Below are positions 36,367-44,606 of a stretch of 64,000 nt of DNA, piece by piece (the stretch's first letter is position 1; each line of letters begins with the position of its first letter). The notes beneath the pieces are model-generated. The model had not been told where the DNA came from, made no database searches, and was given only the letters and a program-made list of their open reading frames with translations. The DNA lies in the sequence record MH791398.1; one strand, written 5' to 3'. Both the position numbers and the translations under genes were made by a program.

Positions 36367-36812
36367 AAAGAACAATTAACGCAATTAACAACGTAGCATC
36401 AATTCTTGGATTCCGTCCCGCCAACGGTACAGATACCGGTGCTCGTGGGTTCTCTGTTTTGGATGGGTTTGGTCGGGTGCGATTTGTGTCATTCAAAGTG
36501 ATGTGTAATTTGGCTGCTAGTTTTGCGTATATTCAAAAAACACCAAAAAACATCAAATCACCATTTTATGATATTACCTTCAACAGTGAAGGGTCTGTGT
36601 TGATTCGATTCAATAATGGTATTTCACTATTTCACGATAAAGAAATTGTAGACCGGGTTATTCAAACATTAAAAAGTGTATCCCCAAACCTATGTCATGA
36701 ACTTCAATACGCAAAGAAAAAGAATGGTCATCATGGTTCTTATATTAAATGGAGCCATTTTTGGGGTGGTTATGGTGTTGTAATGGTAAGTCCTTCTAAA
36801 AATAAGGTATAA
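36363..36812 (+). CDS. Hypothetical protein
   Basis: ATGA overlap. Confidence 0.6.
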   Translation: MKRTINAINNVASILGFRPANGTDTGARGFSVLDGFGRVRFVSFKVMCNLAASFAYIQKTPKNIKSPFYDITFNSEGSVLIRFNNGISLFHDKEIVDRVIQTLKSVSPNLCHELQYAKKKNGHHGSYIKWSHFWGGYGVVMVSPSKNKV

Positions 36813-36815
36813 ATT

Positions 36816-37106
36816 ATGGATTATTCAGCAAAAAGTCTTAAAGAAGCTATTTTGAACACGGAAGACGTTAGTGGTATTGACGTTACCCCAGTTATTCGAA
36901 AAGTTTATGAATTTATGGCAAAAACCAAAAGTCTAGCTTATCGTTATATGGGGGATGAACTTATGTCTCTTGCTGCACAAGAACAGAAAAGTTTTTCTCG
37001 TGTATCAGATAAATTTATTTCTGAACTCCGAAATTTGGGGTATACTGTTTCGGTAGAACAACAACGTGGATTTAACTGTCCACCAATCTATACCATCAAG
37101 GCATAA
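36816..37106 (+). CDS. Hypothetical protein
   Basis: AAGG SD. Confidence 0.55.
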   Translation: MDYSAKSLKEAILNTEDVSGIDVTPVIRKVYEFMAKTKSLAYRYMGDELMSLAAQEQKSFSRVSDKFISELRNLGYTVSVEQQRGFNCPPIYTIKA

Positions 37107-37107
37107 T

Positions 37108-37404
37108 ATGATCATGTTCAAAGATATAAAAACAAAGCATTTCCACGAATTGAAATTTGAAGTTGTGATTTCTCCAAAGGATTTCTGTATTGATGTAGAG
37201 ATCTGGAAAGACCATTTCTATGAAAGTTTTGTTGATTTTTGTGATCAATATGTTGATGATTTTAATACCTCCATCGTTCCGGATGATGATAATGTTCTGG
37301 AATTTGTGATAACTTCTGACACAGTTGGTGGTATTATCGATGCGTATAAGTATGTTGAAAGTTACCTTTCGGAATGTGCATATACAATTAATACTATGGG
37401 GTAA
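37108..37404 (+). CDS. Acidic hypothetical protein
   Basis: ATG at 37108, immediately after the upstream stop. Confidence 0.55.
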   Translation: MIMFKDIKTKHFHELKFEVVISPKDFCIDVEIWKDHFYESFVDFCDQYVDDFNTSIVPDDDNVLEFVITSDTVGGIIDAYKYVESYLSECAYTINTMG

Positions 37405-37408
37405 TTAG

Positions 37409-38377
37409 ATGAGTAATTTGATTTTTGAGTGCGTGTTTGGATCTAAGTTGTATGGAACAGACACCCCGGAAAGTGATACTGATTATAAGGGTGTATTCCT
37501 CCCAGAACCACGACAGATCATCATGGGAACAAAAGAGGTTTATCACAGGGATACCGGAGCCAAAGGATCTGCGAACACGGCGGACGACATCGATAGAGAG
37601 TATTTTTCTCTGAAAAAGTTCATTCAAATGGCTTCCAAGGGGGAAACTGCGGCTATTGATATGCTTCACGCACCTATCGATAAAGTGATGACAAACTCCG
37701 AGATCTTCCAACATTTGCGAAACAACCGGTCTGATTTTTACACAACCAAGATGAAAGCTTATCTTGGCTATGTTCGTAAACAGGCGAGTAAGTATGGGGT
37801 TAAAGGGTCTCGTCTCCAAGAGCTTAATTCTGTGTTGTCTTTCATCGAGAATCGTCCTGTAAGCTTGTATGGGGATGACCGATTGGGTGGTCTTGTATCT
37901 GGTATGCCCCAGAGTGAAAACTTGATTATTGGTAAGTTTGTAGACCCCAGCCATCAGACCGTCTATTATTACGAGGTACTTGGTCGCAAATATCTGTTTG
38001 GGATCCGTTACTCTGAGTTTGTAGAACAGATTATGAAGATCAAATCTGAATATGGGGCTCGGGCTGAAAAGGCTTCGTCTGGTATCGATTGGAAGGCGAT
38101 GAGTCACGCAATTCGTGGTGCAGAACAACTTCTTGAAATTTACACAACTGGTGATCTTCAATTCCCCTTGAAAAATGCGGAATACATCAAGCTTGTAAAA
38201 CAAGGTAAGTTGGATTTTTCAAAGGAAGTTCAACCGTACCTTGAGGATGTTATGGACCGAGCGGAGGCAGCGGCGGTAATCGCATCCAAAAACGGTATGC
38301 CCGATGAAGTAGACCACGATTATTGGAACAATTTCATTTATGAATATTATGTAAACGAGGTAATTGAACGTGGATAA
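37409..38377 (+). CDS. Pol-beta-superfamily nucleotidyltransferase, T4 NrdC.11/RlaP-like
   Basis: VFGSKLYGTDTPESDTDYKGVFLP, FSLKKFI, YVRKQASKYG and DWKAMSHAIR. Confidence 0.85.
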   Translation: MSNLIFECVFGSKLYGTDTPESDTDYKGVFLPEPRQIIMGTKEVYHRDTGAKGSANTADDIDREYFSLKKFIQMASKGETAAIDMLHAPIDKVMTNSEIFQHLRNNRSDFYTTKMKAYLGYVRKQASKYGVKGSRLQELNSVLSFIENRPVSLYGDDRLGGLVSGMPQSENLIIGKFVDPSHQTVYYYEVLGRKYLFGIRYSEFVEQIMKIKSEYGARAEKASSGIDWKAMSHAIRGAEQLLEIYTTGDLQFPLKNAEYIKLVKQGKLDFSKEVQPYLEDVMDRAEAAAVIASKNGMPDEVDHDYWNNFIYEYYVNEVIERG

Positions 38378-38591
38378 AAGTGATAGCTTTAGGGTAAACG
38401 ATATGGTTTTTAAGAGACCAGTTCATGTTGTAGTTGATATGGACAAAGTTGAATCAATTGGTGACATGAAAGAACTATTGATGATTGTTCTTGGTTCTAT
38501 GTGCGGTGGTAGTGGTATGGAAACAAAGTTAAACCTATATCTACCGGAAGAACTTGTAGACACCAAACCATTTTTAAAGAGGGTTTCGTAA
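38364..38591 (+). CDS. Hypothetical protein
   Basis: GTG start with GAGG SD. Confidence 0.45.
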   Translation: MNVDKSDSFRVNDMVFKRPVHVVVDMDKVESIGDMKELLMIVLGSMCGGSGMETKLNLYLPEELVDTKPFLKRVS

Positions 38592-38869
38592 TGCTTAGTG
38601 CTTATGTAACAATGATTTATGTTTTTGCTTTTATCAATACAATTACGTCAGTTCGTAGTGTCCTGATCTTGGACGGGAAACTTGAGCCAAAATTTGGATT
38701 CGATTTTGACCTTATCGAACGGTATGAACCGATCCGGAAAAAGAAGGTTGGTCTTGGTTTTAACCCAAAACCCTTTCGTTGGTGCGCTATCCCAGTTACA
38801 GTACTAATCGATTCTGTTATTTGGCCCGCTACTATTCTTGGTTGGATTGTCAAAATCTTCAAAAAATAA
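38591..38869 (+). CDS. Hypothetical membrane protein
   Basis: Two hydrophobic segments; SVIWPATIL motif. Confidence 0.55.
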   Translation: MLSAYVTMIYVFAFINTITSVRSVLILDGKLEPKFGFDFDLIERYEPIRKKKVGLGFNPKPFRWCAIPVTVLIDSVIWPATILGWIVKIFKK

Positions 38870-38870
38870 G

Positions 38871-38899
38871 TTGACTATAGTTCTGGGAGATGGGATACT
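38871..38899 (+). promoter_or_regulatory. Early promoter
   Basis: TTGACT-N17-GATACT with an extended -10 TG. Confidence 0.7.
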
Positions 38900-38927
38900 C
38901 TAGTTGAACTTGAGAAGGAGATGAATT

Positions 38928-39143
38928 ATGTGGTTGATTAATATGTTTTACAAGATGTTTCGTTTTGTATTCACCAATATGATTCCTTTCCTTCTGTACT
39001 TCGCGTTTTGGGCTCTGAACGTACACACCATGATCTATATTCCGGGGGCTCCGAATGAGGTATACCTTCGGTTTGTGGCTGCGGTTTTGTTCCCATTTGG
39101 TGTAGTATGGGGTATGGTTGACGCTGTTATGTTGTTGATTTAA
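38928..39143 (+). CDS. Small membrane protein
   Basis: Two TM segments; PFGVVWG. Confidence 0.6.
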   Translation: MWLINMFYKMFRFVFTNMIPFLLYFAFWALNVHTMIYIPGAPNEVYLRFVAAVLFPFGVVWGMVDAVMLLI

Positions 39144-39223
39144 TTGATAAACCCTAAATACTACTGACAGTATTAACTGTTGTGTGAGAACCAAATGGTT
39201 CCTCTCTCGATAAGAGGGTAAAA

Positions 39224-39598
39224 ATGAAAACAATAAAGCAGTCTATTATTGAGTCACTTGAAACCGCACTTGAAAATGATTTTACAAATTATAGACAAAC
39301 TGCGGGTCTTTGTTCAAATATCTATTACGACCTCAAGAAAAAGCAAAATCACATAATGCCAGATAAAACAAAATCTTTTGTTGGGACGATATACGCGATC
39401 CTTCAAGAGACTTTTGTTACTTGGCCTCATTATTCTGGAATGCTGGGTTATCCTATTCCTTCTGGGTGTGGGATTAAACCTGACATATTCTACAAGATGA
39501 TGAGAAAAGACGCTGGTATGTATGATGGTGTTTATGGGGATTATAGGTATGATCTTGCTGAATGGATCATATCTGAATTGAAGAAAGATATAGGTTGA
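39224..39598 (+). CDS. Hypothetical protein; paralog of 10097-10462
   Basis: GLCSN...WPHYSGMLGYPIPS...YGDYRYDLAEW. Confidence 0.65.
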   Translation: MKTIKQSIIESLETALENDFTNYRQTAGLCSNIYYDLKKKQNHIMPDKTKSFVGTIYAILQETFVTWPHYSGMLGYPIPSGCGIKPDIFYKMMRKDAGMYDGVYGDYRYDLAEWIISELKKDIG

Positions 39599-39633
39599 CA
39601 TGTTCACGGTATAGGGAGATAATCCTTATACCG
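39595..39633 (+). promoter_or_regulatory. Early promoter with an inverted repeat enclosing the -10 element
   Basis: TTGACA-N17-GATAAT; CGGTATAGGG-AGATAAT-CCTTATACCG. Confidence 0.65.
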
Positions 39634-39656
39634 TTTTATTTTTTTGGAGAATCTAA

Positions 39657-39848
39657 ATGTTTGAAGTTGATTTTGATTTTGATGGTATGGAGATTTTGGT
39701 TGAACGTCGCAAGGCCGTTTCTAAGATGAAACCAATCTGTTCTGAATGTGGTTCTGAACAGATCCAGATCACCAACTGGTTCAATCAGATTTGTGATATG
39801 CGATGTCGTCGGTGTAAACATAAATTTGTTATTGACAGTGGTGTTTAG
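39657..39848 (+). CDS. Small Zn-ribbon protein
   Basis: CSECGS...CRRCKHKF. Confidence 0.6.
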   Translation: MFEVDFDFDGMEILVERRKAVSKMKPICSECGSEQIQITNWFNQICDMRCRRCKHKFVIDSGV

Positions 39849-39890
39849 ATCTGAGAAGATATCGATATTGGAACAGTTGAGGTGATTGAT

Positions 39891-40082
39891 ATGGAAACTT
39901 TGTTTGCTCTGGTTCTTACATCATGTGTAATCGATATTAACAACAATCCTGTGTGTGAGACTTTCCAAGTCGAATTATCAACCACCAAAGAGATCTGCGA
40001 AGAAAGGAAATTGGAAAATATGTCTTTTCTTTTTGAAGAAGATCGTTTAGACTGCGAACTTGTAAAATACGAAAAGGAATAA
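39891..40082 (+). CDS. Small hypothetical protein (Cys-containing, hydrophobic N-terminus)
   Basis: GAGGTG SD. Confidence 0.5.
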   Translation: METLFALVLTSCVIDINNNPVCETFQVELSTTKEICEERKLENMSFLFEEDRLDCELVKYEKE

Positions 40083-40086
40083 AATT

Positions 40087-40764
40087 ATGAACCCATTTGT
40101 AAAATATGTACATCAGTACCTTCGTGGTGAGGTTGATGTATATAAAAACCCATATAACTATGTCCGGAAACCGCTTAACGGACGTCAGGCTGCGACATAT
40201 ACAGCTCGTATCCTAAACAGAAAATTTCTTCATAATCTAATGAGGGAATATGGACCACGTACTTCGTTTGATATCTATGGTCATATTAATTATTCTTGTG
40301 ATTATAATTGCTCATCAAATTCCGTTGTTATTAAAGTAGGGAATACCAAAAAGTATAGGACTGGTGTAGCTAGTCATATTCATCATCTACTTACTACCGT
40401 TGCACAAGTAACAAATGGTCTGGTTGTTGGTAGTCTAGTAGTTCATACGTCTGATGATGCGGTTACATCTCGTGGTCTCCCTATTCGAAAAGATATGGAA
40501 TCTTATGTTGATTTTGAAATCCACCTCGACCTAGGTCAATTGTTTGGTGCAATAGAACCATCTAAAGATATGAAAGAGCAGCACACATCGATCCCCACAC
40601 TACCTCTCGAAGACGCATTTAAAATTCTGAATGATGAATACAAACGTCTTAGTTGTGATTTTGAAAATATCACCAAGGAAATAGACGTTCTCACCACAAA
40701 ACAAAAAGTGGTACATGAAAAACTGATGGAATTCAAATCTAAGTATACCAATTTTGGGGAATGA
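40087..40764 (+). CDS. Hypothetical protein with a C-terminal coiled coil
   Basis: AAGGA SD. Confidence 0.6.
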   Translation: MNPFVKYVHQYLRGEVDVYKNPYNYVRKPLNGRQAATYTARILNRKFLHNLMREYGPRTSFDIYGHINYSCDYNCSSNSVVIKVGNTKKYRTGVASHIHHLLTTVAQVTNGLVVGSLVVHTSDDAVTSRGLPIRKDMESYVDFEIHLDLGQLFGAIEPSKDMKEQHTSIPTLPLEDAFKILNDEYKRLSCDFENITKEIDVLTTKQKVVHEKLMEFKSKYTNFGE

Positions 40765-41177
40765 CAATGAAGATTACTACTTACGCAAAGAAAGTTTTTA
40801 AAAACGAGATTGACGTTTTCGGTAATAAACTGGGATTCGGAAAATATAGCGGACTCCGATACCAATATGGAATGAACAAGTTTATCAACACCCTTCAACG
40901 TATGGTTCAGATGAACGAGTATTATGAACCAACCTGTCTTAAGGGGTTTGATAAACATGTATATATCCGAATCAAGGATTTGGAACCAAATGACTTCTCC
41001 CCGGCTCGATGGGTCATTTCATTTCATCGGAAACCGGATAGTGGCGAGAAAATGATTGAACAAATCTGTCGGATTGGTCGTTCTATTGAAAGTATGACCA
41101 AACAAGAAAATTTCGATATTGGGACAGTTGTTACTGGCGGAAAGCTTCAATCTGTATCATTCGTTTTCTACAAGTAA
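40761..41177 (+). CDS. Hypothetical protein
   Basis: ATGA overlap. Confidence 0.6.
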   Translation: MTMKITTYAKKVFKNEIDVFGNKLGFGKYSGLRYQYGMNKFINTLQRMVQMNEYYEPTCLKGFDKHVYIRIKDLEPNDFSPARWVISFHRKPDSGEKMIEQICRIGRSIESMTKQENFDIGTVVTGGKLQSVSFVFYK

Positions 41178-41185
41178 GGTGTTGT

Positions 41186-41611
41186 ATGAAATTTATTATT
41201 CGGGTAAAATATAGAACTGGTGATAGTTTTAATACATACGACGATGAACGAATTCTGGCACCGGTTTGGTTTGACAACGATGATGCTATGAAGGCACTTG
41301 TTGAGATTTACGAGTTCAATGAGTTCTATAACGCATACAACAACGAACGTTGGACACCAGAAAAACAGGAAATGGTTAAGGATCTGGCTTCTCGTCGTCC
41401 ATGGGCCAAGGATGTAGAAGATCCTTTCGATTTCTTCTCATCCATGAATATTCATCACTCTGATGGTAGGATCAAAATTGATATGGATTTCGTAACGGGA
41501 TATTTCGAACACTTTGAAAGTGCAGAAATTGAGGTTAAGATTGACAAGACCACAGATTATGGATACAGTGGTGGTTATGATGATCTGGTAAAGAAGTATG
41601 GTAATCATTGA
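41186..41611 (+). CDS. Hypothetical acidic protein
   Basis: AAGGTG SD; YRTGDSF motif. Confidence 0.6.
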   Translation: MKFIIRVKYRTGDSFNTYDDERILAPVWFDNDDAMKALVEIYEFNEFYNAYNNERWTPEKQEMVKDLASRRPWAKDVEDPFDFFSSMNIHHSDGRIKIDMDFVTGYFEHFESAEIEVKIDKTTDYGYSGGYDDLVKKYGNH

Positions 41612-42047
41612 CATCTATTCCGGGAGCCGGGATTGGATTGAACGTGAGTTGTCAAACTTCACAGAACACCCATTTACATTCGACGGTGTGTATTATCGGA
41701 CGATTGAGGCTTTCCTACAAAGCCTCAAATATGAAAACCCCCCAGACATAAACAATTTGAGGGGTCATGAAGTTTATAAGGTTTGTCATTCTAATAGGGG
41801 GTGGCAGAAAGACCTTACTATGTGGTATAAAGGAAAGCCTGTAAACCGTCTCAGTGAAGCGTATAGCAATCTTTTGTATAACGCATACCTTTCAATGGCC
41901 GAACAGAACAAATCATTCCTAGAGGCGCTGGTACACTCAAAACCGCATATATTGGCCCATACTATGGGTTGTAAGGATCCACACCTCACAATTCTGACGG
42001 AAAAAGAGTTTTGTGACATTTTGAACGAGATTAGAGAACAACTTTGA
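41598..42047 (+). CDS. NADAR-family ADP-ribose hydrolase, T4 30.3-like
   Basis: LSNFTEHPFTFDG...EAFLQSLK, QNKSFLEAL and TILTEKEFCDIL parallel T4 gp30.3 along its length. Confidence 0.85.
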   Translation: MVIIDIYSGSRDWIERELSNFTEHPFTFDGVYYRTIEAFLQSLKYENPPDINNLRGHEVYKVCHSNRGWQKDLTMWYKGKPVNRLSEAYSNLLYNAYLSMAEQNKSFLEALVHSKPHILAHTMGCKDPHLTILTEKEFCDILNEIREQL

Positions 42048-42442
42048 CCCCACATTCTGTTTTGTTCCGTTACCTTGACGGACTCCCCGTATCCGACGAC
42101 GAAGTTAAAATTCTTGTTGACTATGCGAAAGAAAAATTTAATAATAAACCGTGTATTTTGTATAGGTGGTCGTCTAAGAATCCACACGATGATCACACGA
42201 TGAATAGCTTTTCTTCTTGTGCTAAAACTGCTCGGTCTGTTGGGTCATACTTCCAGAAGACAGACGATGGACACACATACGAAGTAGAAGCAGTTCCAGT
42301 CCTTTCGATCGATAACATCAGGTTCATGATCCACAAGTTCTGTGATTATGAACCGTACAGAAAGATTCTACTTAGGATCTTGAAACGGGAAGGGGAATAT
42401 CTCGTCCTAAACTCCGACATAATTTCAATGAGGATTATCTAA
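42044..42442 (+). CDS. Putative ADP-ribosyltransferase-fold protein (R-S-ExE)
   Basis: ILYRW, NSFSS and REGEYLV. TTG start overlaps the NADAR stop (TTGA). Confidence 0.5.
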   Translation: MTPHSVLFRYLDGLPVSDDEVKILVDYAKEKFNNKPCILYRWSSKNPHDDHTMNSFSSCAKTARSVGSYFQKTDDGHTYEVEAVPVLSIDNIRFMIHKFCDYEPYRKILLRILKREGEYLVLNSDIISMRII

Positions 42443-43239
42443 TGTATAAATTATTTGTTACTTATAAAGACTTCAATATCAATCATGCAATTGTAGATTT
42501 TAAACAGTTTGCTGGTGGGGAATGGAACGTCAAACTTCCAAAAGATGTTATTGAATATGGGGCTTATGAGGCAGATACTGTTCGTGTTGATGCAAGTATC
42601 CACGATGGCGATATCATGAAACTGGCGATCCTTACGGATGCACTTCACCGATTCTTCGGAACTGGTGTGCGATACGTTTTGGACCTATCCTATCTCCCTT
42701 ATGCTCGACAAGACCGAGTTATGGCAGTAGGTGAAAGCCTGTCTTTGCGTGTCTTTTGTGATTTTATTAACTCAATGAAATATGATTTGGTTTGTCTCAC
42801 CGATCCACATTCCGATGTAGCAACCGCATTGATCAATAACGTATTTGTTAACAAACAGTGTTGTTGGGGTTCTCAAGGGATTTCCCGTCGTAATTATGAT
42901 GCTATTGTATCCCCAGATGCAGGTGCTCTGAAAAAGATTTATCCTCAAGCTCAAAGTGCGGGACTACCTGTAATTGAAGCCATGAAGACTCGTGACATCA
43001 ACACTGGTGAAGTTAGCGAACCTCGTTTCAATGCTGACGTCAAAGGTAAGCGGTTGTTGATCGTAGACGATATTTGTGATGGTGGTCGTTCTTTCCTAAA
43101 TCTTGGTAAAGTATTGAAAGAGTCTGGGGCGGTTCGAGTGGACCTGTTTGTTACCCATGGAATTTTTTCTTACAACGCAAAAGAAAACCTTGCACAGTAC
43201 ATCGACAACGTATATACTCGTTTCGACTGGACAAAATAA
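42442..43239 (+). CDS. PRPP-synthetase-like enzyme; probable Adps of the NARP1 NAD+ reconstitution pathway
   Basis: QFAGGE, YLPYARQDR, DPHS, SPDAGA, K.RD and IVDDICDGGRSF. Confidence 0.9.
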   Translation: MYKLFVTYKDFNINHAIVDFKQFAGGEWNVKLPKDVIEYGAYEADTVRVDASIHDGDIMKLAILTDALHRFFGTGVRYVLDLSYLPYARQDRVMAVGESLSLRVFCDFINSMKYDLVCLTDPHSDVATALINNVFVNKQCCWGSQGISRRNYDAIVSPDAGALKKIYPQAQSAGLPVIEAMKTRDINTGEVSEPRFNADVKGKRLLIVDDICDGGRSFLNLGKVLKESGAVRVDLFVTHGIFSYNAKENLAQYIDNVYTRFDWTK

Positions 43240-43249
43240 GGAACTAAAC

Positions 43250-43429
43250 ATGATGAGTATCGAAACTATGACCCAAATCATTAACTCCCGTATCGATGAA
43301 CTTCTGGCTAACCAATCTGTTCAGGAAATGTTGATGCGAGAAAAGGCGAATGGGATGAACGAAGAAGGGATCAAGAATCTTGTTCATAATCTGGCTATCG
43401 GTACTCTCTGTTTTGGAGAAAAGAAATGA
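43250..43429 (+). CDS. Small hypothetical protein
   Basis: AAGGA SD. Confidence 0.55.
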   Translation: MMSIETMTQIINSRIDELLANQSVQEMLMREKANGMNEEGIKNLVHNLAIGTLCFGEKK

Positions 43430-43863
43430 TTAATTCAATTACATATGTATTGAAGAAAGAAGACTGTCACGAATCATATCAACCCATCACCATCAAGATT
43501 ATTGGTGAAATTCCAATGGACGAAGTGAAAAAGGTATACCGGATCCGGATGTTTGACCGATATCATGACTGGTTCCGTTCGGAAGAAAATGATATCGAAA
43601 TCATTGATACTGGTCGTGATACTATCGGTGACCATAAATTCGTCGAGTATGATCTTAAAGATGGTAAAGTTTTGACAGTAGTTTTCTCTAAACTGGTAAA
43701 CCATGATCATATGGATGAATTCATTGGACGTATCATTCATAAACAGCGCCTTGGTAGTAGCCTCGGTAGTTGTCGAGCAAAACGGGCTGGGTTTATTTGT
43801 GGTGAACGAAAGTTCGGAAAAAGTGAATCTCTTCGTATTGACTGTGATGGGAACAAATTTTGA
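43426..43863 (+). CDS. Hypothetical protein
   Basis: ATGA overlap. Confidence 0.55.
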   Translation: MINSITYVLKKEDCHESYQPITIKIIGEIPMDEVKKVYRIRMFDRYHDWFRSEENDIEIIDTGRDTIGDHKFVEYDLKDGKVLTVVFSKLVNHDHMDEFIGRIIHKQRLGSSLGSCRAKRAGFICGERKFGKSESLRIDCDGNKF

Positions 43864-44051
43864 TGAGTAAATGGCAAACCCCCGGTCGGGTTATGACAAA
43901 AATAATCGACCTCGCCCTCGAAAATATTGGATATAATCTATCCGATCTGGTGGTACATTCTTACAAAGATGAAGGTGATTGCATTCTTGTAAACTTAGAG
44001 TTTAAGGAAGGTGGTGATCTGGTTATTCAAAGAACAAGGTTGGTGTTATGA
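43860..44051 (+). CDS. Small hypothetical protein
   Basis: Overlap-coupled. Confidence 0.5.
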   Translation: MMSKWQTPGRVMTKIIDLALENIGYNLSDLVVHSYKDEGDCILVNLEFKEGGDLVIQRTRLVL

Positions 44052-44590
44052 GAATTTATTTTATTGACAATATTCCTTATGTTGTAGAAAACGCCGACGG
44101 GGATGTTTCTGATTATGCGGACCTCCGTTGTCGGCTGGATCGGTTTACCATGTCAAGTAACTATGTGGTTGACTATAAAGATGATATTTTTGTTTTCATA
44201 AAAAATCGCTATTCGTCCGAAAAAATAGTTTTGTTTTCCTTCGATAGTGTGGTAGAGTATATTCAACAGTTTGAAGAGGAACCTGTTAGTAAATTCACCA
44301 GAATGGTAGGATTTGAAGATACCCCAAAAATCATCAATGAATACCGCAAAAAATTTGCTTTTAAACCTAACGTGACCTCGATATACTACAAATCAGATAG
44401 ACATCGGGTCGAATTTATGAGAGACCATCGAAACATCGGTTGGCTTACTGCGATTGATAATTTTGTGATGGATGGTCAGGTTTGTAAAATTTGTGATGAT
44501 GGTTCTGTAAATTTTGTTGACGTTAAAACAGAAACAACGTATTCTATGAAAAAAGATACGTTAGAAAAATACTTTACCCAAATTATGTAA
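44048..44590 (+). CDS. Hypothetical protein
   Basis: ATGA overlap. Confidence 0.55.
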   Translation: MRIYFIDNIPYVVENADGDVSDYADLRCRLDRFTMSSNYVVDYKDDIFVFIKNRYSSEKIVLFSFDSVVEYIQQFEEEPVSKFTRMVGFEDTPKIINEYRKKFAFKPNVTSIYYKSDRHRVEFMRDHRNIGWLTAIDNFVMDGQVCKICDDGSVNFVDVKTETTYSMKKDTLEKYFTQIM

Positions 44591-44606
44591 TAAGGAAAAT
44601 GAGAAA

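Noticed and set aside
37394-38203. 269-aa minus-strand ORF (similarly 27161-27988, 9596-10396, 22106-22852, 1562-2188, 4130-4756, 45543-46109)
   Set aside because: Antisense shadows of well-supported + strand genes. No motifs, no SD or promoter context, and all credible genes in the window are on +.
39150-39223. Small hairpins and CTAAATA before ORF 39224 as SD-sequestering late control
   Set aside because: The stems are short and the promoter deviates from consensus; too weak without expression data.
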